Shown here: positions 12,297 to 25,113 of the stretch, piece after piece
Layout: each line of letters opens with the position of its first letter
Numbering within the stretch: the first letter of the stretch is position 1
Source of the DNA: Octopus bimaculoides
Taxonomy: Eukaryota
Length of the DNA: 64,000 bases
Reading direction: 5' to 3'
NCBI RefSeq assembly: GCF_001194135.2
Contig: NC_068992.1
Coordinates: 65,981,247-66,045,246 of the forward strand
The notes under the pieces: model-generated
Database searches by the model: none
What the model saw: only the letters and a program-made list of their open reading frames with translations
Told to the model about the DNA's origin: nothing
Translations under genes and position numbers: made by a program

Positions 12297-12542
12297 TCCT
12301 TCAGCATCATTATGGTATCCTACAGCAAACCCTGTGTTGCATTTCTCTACATAGAATCAGGAAATACAATAAATAAAGCCAGAGATATGAAATAATGGCA
12401 AAAACTTGCTGTTAGGCGATGCTAAAACCTAGAATTGTGTTGTTGTAAAGAATATTAATGCAGAGTTCTGAAGCAATTTTCCAATTGCAGCTTGCCAATA
12501 CACGTCGCTATAAAATATACCTGGAACATTCTTTTGCACTCA

Positions 12543-12592
<50 letters not shown>

Positions 12593-12868
12593 CCTCTCTC
12601 CCTCTTCCTTTCTCTCTCTCTTCCTCTCTTCCCCTCTCTCCCTCTCTGTCTCTTCTTCAAACCCTCACTGCCCCTCCCTCTCTTCCTCACTTCCTCTCTC
12701 TCTGCTTCTCATTTTCTATTCTAGTCTCTCTTACTCCATTTCTCTCTATCCAATGTTCTCTCTCTCTGTTATGATATCCGTGTTAGCATTCGTACTTACT
12801 TGTGTGTGTTAATGTGCATTAATGCACAGACACACACACGCAGACACACACACACACACACATACACA

Positions 12869-12916
<48 letters not shown>

Positions 12917-12926
12917 NNNNNNNNNN

Positions 12927-12997
<71 letters not shown>

Positions 12998-13970
12998 ATA
13001 TACACCCTTCTTTGTGCCTGTCACAGCAATCACTTCCTATCATTCCGCTCCGTTTCCCTCTAATGGTGTCAAAGAATCCTTCGCCATAATTCTTCTCCAT
13101 TTTACTTCAATCTCATAAGGAATCGATCAAGCTTCATCACCAAAAATGTCCATTACTAAGGAAATTGGCTTGTTACCTATCCATACCGATTTCCTTAGCT
13201 AACAGCTCACCGTCTCACCTCACTTTAAAATACAATCGTATCGCCATCCATCCCAACACTAAAAATACAACATTACACCGCACCGCACCACAAAACCTAC
13301 CTCTATTAACCATTATTCTTTATTAACTCCACCTTATCATGCCTCCTTACTTCACCCGACACCCACCGAGGCCATCCAATGAATATCTCTCTCTATATTT
13401 TTACCGTTCGCTTTCGTTAATAATCTTTGATTTATTACACAACGGTTAAGGAATCAATCACACTCTATGGTACATCACTCTTTCATGCTTTCTTACTTTC
13501 TACGAACTCTCACCAATTCTGCTTTGGATTTCAAATGGAAATTCCTTTTGATAAATGCGCTCAGTGGATTTCCAAATTAGACCTATTATACAATCGTATA
13601 TACGCGTGTGAGTATGTGTGTGTGCGTGTGTGCGCGTGTGTGTGTGTGCGTGTGTGTATGTGTGTGTGTGTGTGTGTGTCTGTGTACGTGTATGTGCTCG
13701 ATACACGAGGTACAGGGTACACCATAATCAGTCGTACACTGATTACTTTCACTTAAAATGGAAAAAAAAAGAATGGTCGCTCTCTCTCTCTCGTTCAATC
13801 TCTCTTTCTCTCTCGGTATCTTTCTATCTTTGCATCGAGCTAACTTTTTCTGTCTCTTCATTCATCCCTGTCTTCTTATATAAAACACACATGTGTGTGC
13901 GTATGTGTGTGTGTATGTGTGTGTGTTTGTGTGTGTATGTAGAGAGAGAGAGACTTTGTGGATGTGACTG

Positions 13971-14002
<32 letters not shown>

Positions 14003-14210
14003 NNNNNNNNNNNNNNNNNNNNNNNNNNNNNNNNNNNNNNNNNNNNNNNNNNNNNNNNNNNNNNNNNNNNNNNNNNNNNNNNNNNNNNNNNNNNNNNNNN
14101 NNNNNNNNNNNNNNNNNNNNNNNNNNNNNNNNNNNNNNNNNNNNNNNNNNNNNNNNNNNNNNNNNNNNNNNNNNNNNNNNNNNNNNNNNNNNNNNNNNNN
14201 NNNNNNNNNN

Positions 14211-14244
<34 letters not shown>

Positions 14245-14389
14245 CGTACATACTCATTTACGTTTATATGACACTATATATCGATGTGTGTGTGTGTATG
14301 TGTGTAATTATATTTAGAGAGCACGTTCCACTATCCTCGGAGTAAATGATCATTTTTGTTTCCCCACCTTTTCTCTGCTTCGCACCTTT

Positions 14390-14426
<37 letters not shown>

Positions 14427-15496
14427 GTAGCTATCTATCTCCCTCACTCTCTCCCTCTCTCACACACACACACTCTCTCTCTCCCCCTCTATCTATATAT
14501 CTATTTATCTCGTTCTCTATCGTTTTATCTATCTGTCTATCTATCATGTATATGTATATGTATATGTAAATGTGTGTGTGTGTATGTGTGCTTGTGTGTA
14601 TACACATACAGAGGGAGAGAGAGAGAAACAGGCAAACTTACGGTGAAGGAGAAAGATCTGTTGTGTACTTACGAGATGTGACTCAATCAAAGAAGGGAAC
14701 ACAATGCATTTCCAAACCAATAATTATGTATTGTGCTTATGTGCGTATGTATATGCAATTGTGCTAATTGTGCGTGTGCATCCATCCACCCATGTATATG
14801 TATATACATATGTGTGTGCGTGTGTGTGTATACTTATATGTATACACATACATACGTATGTGTACATGCATAAGCACAAATGTATGCATAAATACATACT
14901 TAAATGCACACACACAAAATGTGTACGTATATGTTTATATGTTTGCAGATTTAGAATCGCCGCTCACCATCTCGATGTAATGTCCATTGGCATTTCCATA
15001 TTAGCTATTACGACAAATAATTCACCGAGATCGAATTTAAATCTTGCTTTATTACAGACGAATTCTCTTTATTCTCTTTATATTCCATCGATTTCAAGAG
15101 GCGCATCAATGTATCATCGATGCGAACAATGACGTTACCGTGCTGACATTTCGCCCGTCATGTCAATTAACTGTCAAACCTCATCGCGATAAAATGATTT
15201 GGACAGGAACAAAACTTAACACTAGTTTTTCGTTTTATTTATTTATCTATTCTTAGAAATGACTTTCATATATCGATTATTCGCAATTTGATCTCGAAAA
15301 TAAAACTACTTAACTGAGTCGACCATGAGTTACCTGCCTGAATGGGTAGAAATATGGACTTTGATGAGAACGGTGACGGTCTGAGCCAGCGGCAGCGATT
15401 TTGTTTGCGGGAGACTTCGTGACAAGGCTGGATGAACGCAGACGGGGAGAGAAATGGAGAGAATAATGGATACACAGAGAGAGTGTGCGTGTGTGT

Positions 15497-15547
<51 letters not shown>

Positions 15548-15802
15548 TGACTAGTGTTATCGATTACGCTTGGACGATGACTAGTGATTTTGGTCGTCAG
15601 TGGGGTCCTGAGGTTCCTTGAATGGCCCTAGTTGGGGGATATCCCCTATCATTCATGCCTTCACATCCCTTACATATTCTCTATACTTTCATCTCGTTTC
15701 ATCCTTTTTTCTTTATCTTCATCTTTTATGTAAATTCTCACAGAAATTGTGAACTGTCCTTGTAATGACCCCCGCATGTGATTCCCTGTGGAAAAGAAAA
15801 AG

Positions 15803-15820
15803 TTATTATTATTATTATTA

Positions 15821-15851
<31 letters not shown>

Positions 15852-15861
15852 CATTATTATT

Positions 15862-15940
<79 letters not shown>
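15803..15940. repeat. (ATT)n microsatellite with ATC variants
   Basis: Directly visible. Similar tracts lie at 4838-4912, 12232-12296, 16860-17015, 19838-20055 and 20880-20950. Confidence 0.95.
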
Positions 15941-15943
<3 letters not shown>

Positions 15944-16859
15944 TTATTCTCGTTGTCCTTTACCTGAAAGCAGACAATAACAAATCACCAAAGGTTTCAA
16001 GTAATGCCTTCTCTTGTGATTCAAAGAGACAATACTCTCCTTAGAATGCGAGCTGTACCCAATTTCTACCGGCATTACAAGCACTTGTAATTGGTGCCAT
16101 AGCAATTGGTGCCATAGCTTTTGCTTCCTTCAGTTGGTGCCATAATTCCTCCCAGTATGTCCTAGTCAATTGATGTACTACTAGACATTAGGGAAAATTT
16201 AATCCGCTTCTTAATTCTCGTAGACAGAGATAACATTTTTTCTCTTCGTCCTCTTTTCAGTTATCTCCCCCTGTGTCAAAGAAATACCGTTAGGCTTCAC
16301 AAAGTTCTCCTATCTCCATTTTGTTTTCCTTGCAAGTTGTGATAGAACCAAAGATTCTTTCTTCGTTTAGAGTTGAAGAAATCTTTGTCTTCACACAACG
16401 GTTATTCGAACGAGTCGCAGGATTTGGAATTATGTAAGATCGTCACTGTTTTGTTGTTGCTGCTACTGCTGCTGTTACTATTGTTGTCTACCAAATTACT
16501 TTTGTGAGTATTTGAAACATTTTCTTCTATTAATTATTCGTATTGTTCATTTTCTTCTTCCCTTTTGCATTCAATTGTGTGTTGGTTTTGTGTTGTTTTT
16601 TCACCCATCGTATTATTGTTACGTAGCATAATCTTGTGTGGTCGCCATTTTAGATGTGAAAATGTTGCCTACGCTCGGGTGTAAGGAGGGCAAACCCTCC
16701 TTGGACACTTATGACTCTTTTCTTGAGCTTTTCACAGAAATTTTTATTTGGTGATCTTCAAGTGAAACATGTTTTGAAGAGAAAATCAAAAAGACATCTT
16801 CACACTACGAGTCAATAATGATGATAAGGATGACAACGACGACGATGATGACGATGGAG

Positions 16860-16944
<85 letters not shown>

Positions 16945-18074
16945 TAATAATAATAACAATAATAATAATAACAATAATAATAATAATAATAATAATAATA
17001 ATTAATATTAATAATAATATCTTCATTTTGCCGTCACATTTTTCTAATTTTTAACAATTCTTTGTTTTGTCCAAAAATATTTTCTAATGAAAATTTTTTA
17101 AACTTAAAAACACCTCAACATTTCTCAAGGGATGCCAATTCTTTCATCGTTTATCTTTTCTTCTAAACTTCTCACACACACACTGACACATATATGCACA
17201 CACGTACACATACACTGACACATATATGCACACACGTACACACACACACACTCGCTTTAATCTAGAGACAACATTCAAAAATCCTATTTTTTTTCCAAAT
17301 GTTTTTAATAATTTTTTATACGTTTTGTTCTAAAACCATCTTTGTTTCGCTTTTCCTTTGTTTTTTTTTCTTTTTCTTTTTTCTATGGCTACATTTCTAT
17401 CGCAGTTTTTCGATTTTACGGTGGAATGGTCACAACAGAACTCTGATCCTCATTAAAGAATTACTGTTGTTGTCGAAATAATTCTTGTTACCAGAATATT
17501 TATTTCTATTCTTCACACTGGAACTTGCAACATCTCTCAGAGATTTCTTTGTCTTTCTTTTCTTTCCTTTTTCGTGTACACTTTTTATTATTTTTTAGTA
17601 TTTTTTCTTCTACTTTTATTGGAAAACTTGACATGCAGCGATGATGTTAAAATCACAGAGATATTGGGAAAATAATACCAGCGCAACCACAAACAAGCCA
17701 GCGCCACAACCACCAAACCACCGTCAATGCCATCAGCACCACCACGAATACAAACACTACCACCAACACACACACACCCTCGGCTTCACCAACACCACCA
17801 TCAGCTTCACCAACACCACCATCCTCATCATTCTCACCACACATATTTGCCAATTTGTAACCAACATAAAATTTCTCTACACAGTCGCTTACTGATGCAA
17901 AGAAGGGCAAAAGAGTTTTCAGATCACATCCTGCTGACTTTCAAATAGAAAAGTAATGGAGACATTGTTAAACAAAAGGAGAGGATGGTCATCGCTGGAA
18001 CTTCTTTAATGATAGAACATACTGAATCAGAGTTGACTAAGGGTTAAATAACAAAAGCAACAGGGTCACTAGTT

Positions 18075-19113
18075 TATTATTATTATCATCATTATTATTA
18101 CTATTATTATTATTAAAAATAATACTATTTTTTTCATTTGCATCTTTTGTCAATTCCGTTTCCATTTCTTGCCGAGTGTCTTCGTGACACCTAGGGTAGA
18201 GAAACGTACTGTATACATTGGTAGGCCATTAAAACAAGCACACCTCATTGTTCATTTAGAGAGTCATATGATAGAGAAGAGGAAGACAGACCTCAAGAGA
18301 CAAAAAGTTAGAAGTCCATTTTGGTGTTAAAGCTAGGGTGTCATATATTTGGTTTTGCACAAAGTATTGTTCTAGAGAATGTTTAAGAAAGCATAAGAAA
18401 ATTATGTGTTTGTTTTAAAATTTGAGATTACACAGAAAGTATTTTGCGTAGGATATGGGCAGTTCCCATGAGCACTATCTTTTGAATTTCTGTCATTTTG
18501 AGGTTTCCTGGTATCTGAGCTAGGTAGCAATCAGCCCCTTTTGCTATCATTCCTAGGGCACCTATGACAACAGGTATTGTTTTAGTCTTCAGGTTGCACA
18601 TTTTGCCAATTTCTATTTCAAGATCTTTATACTTTCTCAGTTTTTGGTTAGCCTTGACAGATACATTTATGTCGACTGAGACAGTCATATCAATGAGGAG
18701 GCATGATTTTTGTCTGAAGTCTTTCAATATAATGTCTGGCCTATTCGTATCTGTCTTTCTCTCAGTTTCAATGGTGAAGTTCCGGAGGAGTGAGAGGTGA
18801 TCATTTTCAAGCACTGGAGGTAGTTTGTGTTCCCACCAATTTTATCATGGGGCAGGTCCAATGTTTTGCAAATTACCCAGTGAATATACTGTGCTGCTCT
18901 ATCATGCCTGTTGAGATACTCTGTAGGTGCAAGAAGACTGCACATGGAGACAATATTATCAATGGTTTCATTTTGTTGTTCACATACACATGTTGGGCTA
19001 CTGCCGTTCTGTAAAATGTTGGCCTGGTAGTTTCTTGTGGGTAGGCATTGATTTTGATAGACCATTTCTTTCCAGAAATAAAACATTCTTGAACATCTTT
19101 TCGTTAATACCAC
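18075..19113 (-). mobile_element. 5'-truncated non-LTR retrotransposon of R4/Dong type (CCHC-like region plus restriction-like endonuclease), frameshifted, with 3' UTR and (AAT)n tail
   Basis: Overlapping minus ORFs give QCLPTRNYQANIL...CEQQNETIDNIVSMCSLLAPTEYLNRHDRAAQYIHWVICK and NRPDIILKD...LLIDMTV...KYKDLEIEI...IPVVIGALG...EIQKIVLMGTAHILRKILSV*. These carry the RHD and PD..D motifs of RLE-type LINEs. The 3' UTR ends in an AAT/GAT repeat at 18075-18120. Confidence 0.85.
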
Positions 19114-19601
19114 TGCCCTTCAGAATTTCAAGATGGCTACTAATCTAAATGATCCTACGAGCAATACAAGTAGAAAACCTTCTCTTTTTTTTACCTCAAA
19201 TAAATAATCAGGTTTAAACAGGCTCCCTGTAAAGAAGACCAGCGAAAATGTTTGTGGAGTTTCCTCCCTTGAAAATCTTCTTTAAAAAGAAATAGAAATC
19301 GCCATTAAAGAATTGCATAAATTACTTTTGCAGTATTTCATTTCTGCATTTTATTTTATTTTCACTTTATTTGTTATTTGTTATCTCGTAAAACTGAGCT
19401 TTAAGTTCCAAGTCACTGGAAAACATCTATCTTCCCGCATATCATTGTCTATCTATTAACCTTTCCATTTACTTTATCTCTTTACCTATTTAACCTCCTT
19501 CTTTCTCTCTCTTCCACTTTCTCTTCTCTCTATCTTTCTCTTCCTCTGTCTCTCCACCTCTCTCCATGTCTTTCCTTTCCCTCCCACCCAGTCTTCCTCT
19601 C

Positions 19602-19672
<71 letters not shown>

Positions 19673-19837
19673 ATCTAACTAAATATCTTTTTATCCTTTT
19701 ATATATTAATTCTTGAGCATTCCTTTCCAACGACTATCTGTCATTCTAAGCCAGTTCGCCAATAAATTATGTTTTTAATAACGTTTGCCAATAAATAACA
19801 ATGTTTATTCTTAATGTTACCGACACTTCCTTTTTTT

Positions 19838-20055
<218 letters not shown>

Positions 20056-20883
20056 AATCTTCGTAACCTAACCAGTTGGCCTTCATGGAATTACATTTAG
20101 ATACTGGAAGGAGTCCCTTGTGTAAAACAAAATTCTATTATAATTAAACCATTACCGTCTTCCGCATAACGCTCGTTGAGCCTTAACCAAATCTTTAGAT
20201 ATTTGCCTCAACACATCAATACGACTACACGATTCTAGTCAACTGGAAATTAACTGCAAATATATAAAGACGGACATTTTTTACAAATATTTAACAAACT
20301 TCTTCAAGTTAGTTTTCCACACTGATTTTTTTTCTCTTTTAGTAATTTTCTGTTATTTTTTATTTGTATTTTTTATTTTTAATATTTTTTATTCCTGTTT
20401 TTTTTTTTTATGCAATTTCTCTCCGTTTCATGAAGAGGAATCGTCCAATTTCTTGCTTCGATGATTTGCTAACGTAATCCAGGGGTAAAATTCCATAATT
20501 GACTTTTAAACAGATTAGTAAAACGCTTTTCCAATCAATTTAATAGTGCTTGTTATTACCGGATTAACCCACCCGCCCCCACGCCCACCACCTCACATTT
20601 TCGCACACCCACCACCCACTTGATCGTCTTCCGAACAAAATTTAAACAAAATACTTGATGAACTAACAGAATGAAAAAGAAAATGGCAAATCTGATTCTG
20701 TTTCTTGGAGATTCTTACTGCGACACGGAGACAGAACAGGGCTGAACATTAAGTATGAACCATGGTTTAGGAGGAATATAAAAAAACTGTGATCTCCATG
20801 TTTGGTGGTGGAAGACACCTTCCACAAGAAATCAATATTCTCACTCCATTTATCAATTTAATATTATCATTGTTATTATTATT

Positions 20884-20952
<69 letters not shown>

Positions 20953-22085
20953 CATACATACATACACGTATGTACATATGTATGTAATTATGTATGCCTG
21001 CTCGCAGGCATGTATATATATATNNNNNNNNNNNNNNNNNNNNNNNNNNNNNNNNNNNNNNNNNNNNNNNNNNNNNNNNNNNNNNNNNNNNNNNNNNNNN
21101 NNNNNNNNNNNNNNNNNNNNNNNNNNNNNNNNNNNNNNNNNNNNNNNNNNNNNNNNNNNNNNNNNNNNNNNNNNNNNNNNNNNNNNNNNNNNNNNNNNNN
21201 NNNNNNNNNNNNNNNNNNNNNNNNNNNNNNNNNNNNNNNNNNNNNNNNNNNNNNNNNNNNNNNNNNNNNNNNNNNNNNNNNNNNNNNNNNNNNNNNNNNN
21301 NNNNNNNNNNNNNNNNNNNNNNNNNNNNNNNNNNNNNNNNNNNNNNNNNNNNNNNNNNNNNNNNNNNNNNNNNNNNNNNNNNNNNNNNNNNNNNNNNNNN
21401 NNNNNNNNNNNNNNNNNNNNNNNNNNNNNNNNNNNNNNNNNNNNNNNNNNNNNNNNNNNNNNNNNNNNNNNNNNNNNNNNNNNNNNNNNNNNNNNNNNNN
21501 NNNNNNNNNNNNNNNNNNNNNNNNNNNNNNNNNNNNNNNNNNNNNNNNNNNNNNNNNNNNNNNNNNNNNNNNNNNNNNNNNNNNNNNNNNNNNNNNNNNN
21601 NNNNNNNNNNNNNNNNNNNNNNNNNNNNNNNNNNNNNNNNNNNNNNNNNNNNNNNNNNNNNNNNNNNNNNNNNNNNNNNNNNNNNNNNNNNNNNNNNNNN
21701 NNNNNNNNNNNNNNNNNNNNNNNNNNNNNNNNNNNNNNNNNNNNNNNNNNNNNNNNNNNNNNNNNNNNNNNNNNNNNNNNNNNNNNNNNNNNNNNNNNNN
21801 NNNNNNNNNNNNNNNNATTGCTATTGAAAGCAGATTTTTTTCGTAATATAAGCTGATAACATATATCTTCCTGTGATCTGAAACACATTAGTCAAACTGT
21901 GTGTGAATGTAGACAACCCTGCCTGTAACAAGGGGAAGAAATATTCAACTCTAGCGTACACTCTGCAACCTAAAAACTGTTTGTTTCTTATGAACTTAAA
22001 TTATATAAAAAGCATTTAAATACATTGATACACATATGAACACATGCACACATGTATACCCATACAAATATAAATACAATCATAA

Positions 22086-22143
<58 letters not shown>

Positions 22144-22158
22144 AGCAATTACAGTATA

Positions 22159-22190
<32 letters not shown>

Positions 22191-23337
22191 AGAATCAGAG
22201 AAATTCAGAAAAAATAGTTTACCAGTCCGTTAATGTAAGGTTAACCAAAAATGTACTCGATCCAGTGAGAGATAAATATCATTTAATGTACACAGTATAC
22301 AGATACAAGCTACTGATAGTTTCTTGCTGTGAAGACACGTATCTAAGTAGGTTTTTAGAACATGCGTTGTGTCTCCAAGCCGTCTTTAAGCGCAACGCAT
22401 GGTCTGTTCTATTTGAAAATCAAAATGTTGGTATCTGAGTAATCACGATAAAAAAGACAAAGTGGATGCAAATAAAGGGTGGATGAATAAAAAGCGAGAA
22501 AAGAAAAGAAAAAAAAGTACTTCATTCAATACATCCTTCCCAGCAACAGACGCATCATCACCAGATTCAGTACCAATTCCAGTGATGAGATACAAACAGC
22601 ACCACTTATGGAAAGCAATTAACACCATAACAGATCGATGAAGAAATCCCAGAACAGATACACCACCAACACTACAATAGAACCATCTTCAGCGGAACAG
22701 ATCACAAGCACCAAAATAGATCCATCAGCACCAGAATAGATTCACCAATCAGTTCCATTGCTTCCACTACCATTTCTAACACAACGACAAAAGCAGTTTC
22801 ACTGAAATGGAGTTGGATATAGTAATTTCACAGTAAGAGACCAAAATATGGAGATTTGAAAAAGGGAGATTTCAGAGAGAAAACGAAAGAGAGAGGTGGA
22901 GCGAGAGAGCGTGAGAGAGAGAGTGGCTAAAAGAGAGTGAGTGAGAGGGAAAGAAAGAGGGAGAGACGAAGATGTGGAGGGGTTTATCTCGCTTCGATAG
23001 AATAATTGGTCAAATGTTAGAAAATTAATTGCAAAGAAAGAATTTCAAAGATAAAGGAAGGATGACAGGGAATCGAAAAACCAAATATTAAGATTAATGA
23101 TGGAATTGGGGTTTAGAAAATGGATGGTGCCTTTGTGACTATGAATGATGCATCCTTTGGTGCACTTGTCACTCTGTGTCAATTTAAGACTATCTTATAA
23201 AAAACCAATGCAGAATATCCAGAAAATTATTTGACTCTACAAACTGTGTAGAAAAAACATTTCGATTAGGTTCGCCTGGTATTTCTTTAACCCTTGGGTC
23301 TTCCTTTGATGAAGATTCATGAAACAATATGCAAGGT

Positions 23338-23495
23338 GCAGGCGTGACTGCGTGGTATGAAGTTTACTCCCCAAGCATATGGTTCCGGTATGGTTCCGGG
23401 TTCTGTCCTACTGCATGGCAACTTGGGAAATATAGCTTTGGGCCGACCAAAGCCTTGTTAGTGGATTTAGTAGACGAAAACTGAAAGAAGCCCGT

Positions 23496-23499
<4 letters not shown>
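23338..23499 (+). mobile_element. SINE family A, tRNA-like head, running into (TA)n and a gap
   Basis: Homologous to 49364-49530 (ccaaagccttgt.agtggattt.gtagacg.aaactgaaagaagcccgtcg). Carries a local 11-bp tandem duplication tatggttccgg. Confidence 0.8.
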
Positions 23500-23545
<46 letters not shown>

Positions 23546-23911
23546 NNNNNNNNNNNNNNNNNNNNNNNNNNNNNNNNNNNNNNNNNNNNNNNNNNNNNNN
23601 NNNNNNNNNNNNNNNNNNNNNNNNNNNNNNNNNNNNNNNNNNNNNNNNNNNNNNNNNNNNNNNNNNNNNNNNNNNNNNNNNNNNNNNNNNNNNNNNNNNN
23701 NNNNNNNNNNNNNNNNNNNNNNNNNNNNNNNNNNNNNNNNNNNNNNNNNNNNNNNNNNNNNNNNNNNNNNNNNNNNNNNNNNNNNNNNNNNNNNNNNNNN
23801 NNNNNNNNNNNNNNNNNNNNNNNNNNNNNNNNNNNNNNNNNNNNNNNNNNNNNNNNNNNNNNNNNNNNNNNNNNNNNNNNNNNNNNNNNNNNNNNNNNNN
23901 NNNNNNNNNNN

Positions 23912-23962
<51 letters not shown>

Positions 23963-25062
23963 AACATTCATTTGCTCTGGAATATATTTTCGTAGATAAG
24001 TTTGGTGACACAATCTACGTTAAGGATTATGGACCTGAACATAATCGAACAATTTTCGTACAATTTTCAACAATTAACGCCCTGACTCTTTTCGACTTTC
24101 ATTGGGTAATATCACTAATATAATCTCTGTATGCAACTCTACTTGTTTTGCCTTGAAAGACAGACTGAAGAAGAAGTTCACCATCTTCATTTGGAGGCCA
24201 AATTATTCGATGTACGTCATTTCAGCGATGATGCATTTTTATCAGATGCGGCAGAATCTATAGACTTGTATATCCATTCGGCTGAGTTCCTGCTTGAAAT
24301 AGTTTCAAGGAATGTATTGAACCAGCATTGAACAACAGGCGTTGCCTATCTGTTCTTGCCATTACTGTTTATGATATTCACATCAAGTTTCAGTAAACGA
24401 TTTACTCATCGGAGAATTCTATTCAGTATTTATTTTTAGATTTCGTCACTGAATCCAAATGCATGCAGCGATGCTGAAGTACTTTTAAATTCCATTCCTG
24501 AAAATATATGGAACGGTCATGGGTTGAGCGGCTTTAATCGCAGCAGTGCAGGTTCGACGTTGGCTTGGGACTAAACAACGACAACTAGAGGATGGACAAT
24601 GAACAACTAAACCTTACTGAAATAAAAGTTTACCGCCTTTAATAAAAGAATACTCGATGGGATGATCATGGGCGGAATGTGCTTGATCGTTGGTGTGATC
24701 TGATAGTTTGGCGGCGCAGATCATGGGTTAAACAAACAACAATAATATTAGAAGTCAAAGTCACCTTCGAAGTTACCCCTCCACACACACACCTTCACTT
24801 CTTCCCCCCCCCATCACAATGTAGACTTAGGTTTCCTTAATTACGAATGATTTGTAAAAAGTAAAAATAATTATATAATGGAAGACGAAACAATATTGAC
24901 AACAGCGATTTCTTCCGTTATGTTAAATAAGAATGTTNNNNNNNNNNNNNNNNNNNNNNNNNNNNNNNNNNNNNNNNNNNNNNNNNNNNNNNNNNNNNNN
25001 NNNNNNNNNNNNNNNNNNNNNNNNNNNNNNNNNNNNNNNNNNNNNNNNNNNNNNNNNNNNNN

Positions 25063-25113
<51 letters not shown>

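Noticed and set aside
15341-15421. Short plus-strand ORF MGRNMDFDENGDGLSQRQRF resembling an EF-hand loop
   Set aside because: Only 26 codons, loop spacing is off by one and the position-12 Glu is missing. It has no good splice sites, and the opposite strand has better exon signals.
15626-15650. Helitron-like 3' end (ggggatatcccc palindrome followed by CTAG on the minus strand)
   Set aside because: The hairpin is too close to the CTAG, the following base is not T, and no 5' TC end or Rep/helicase remnant is present.
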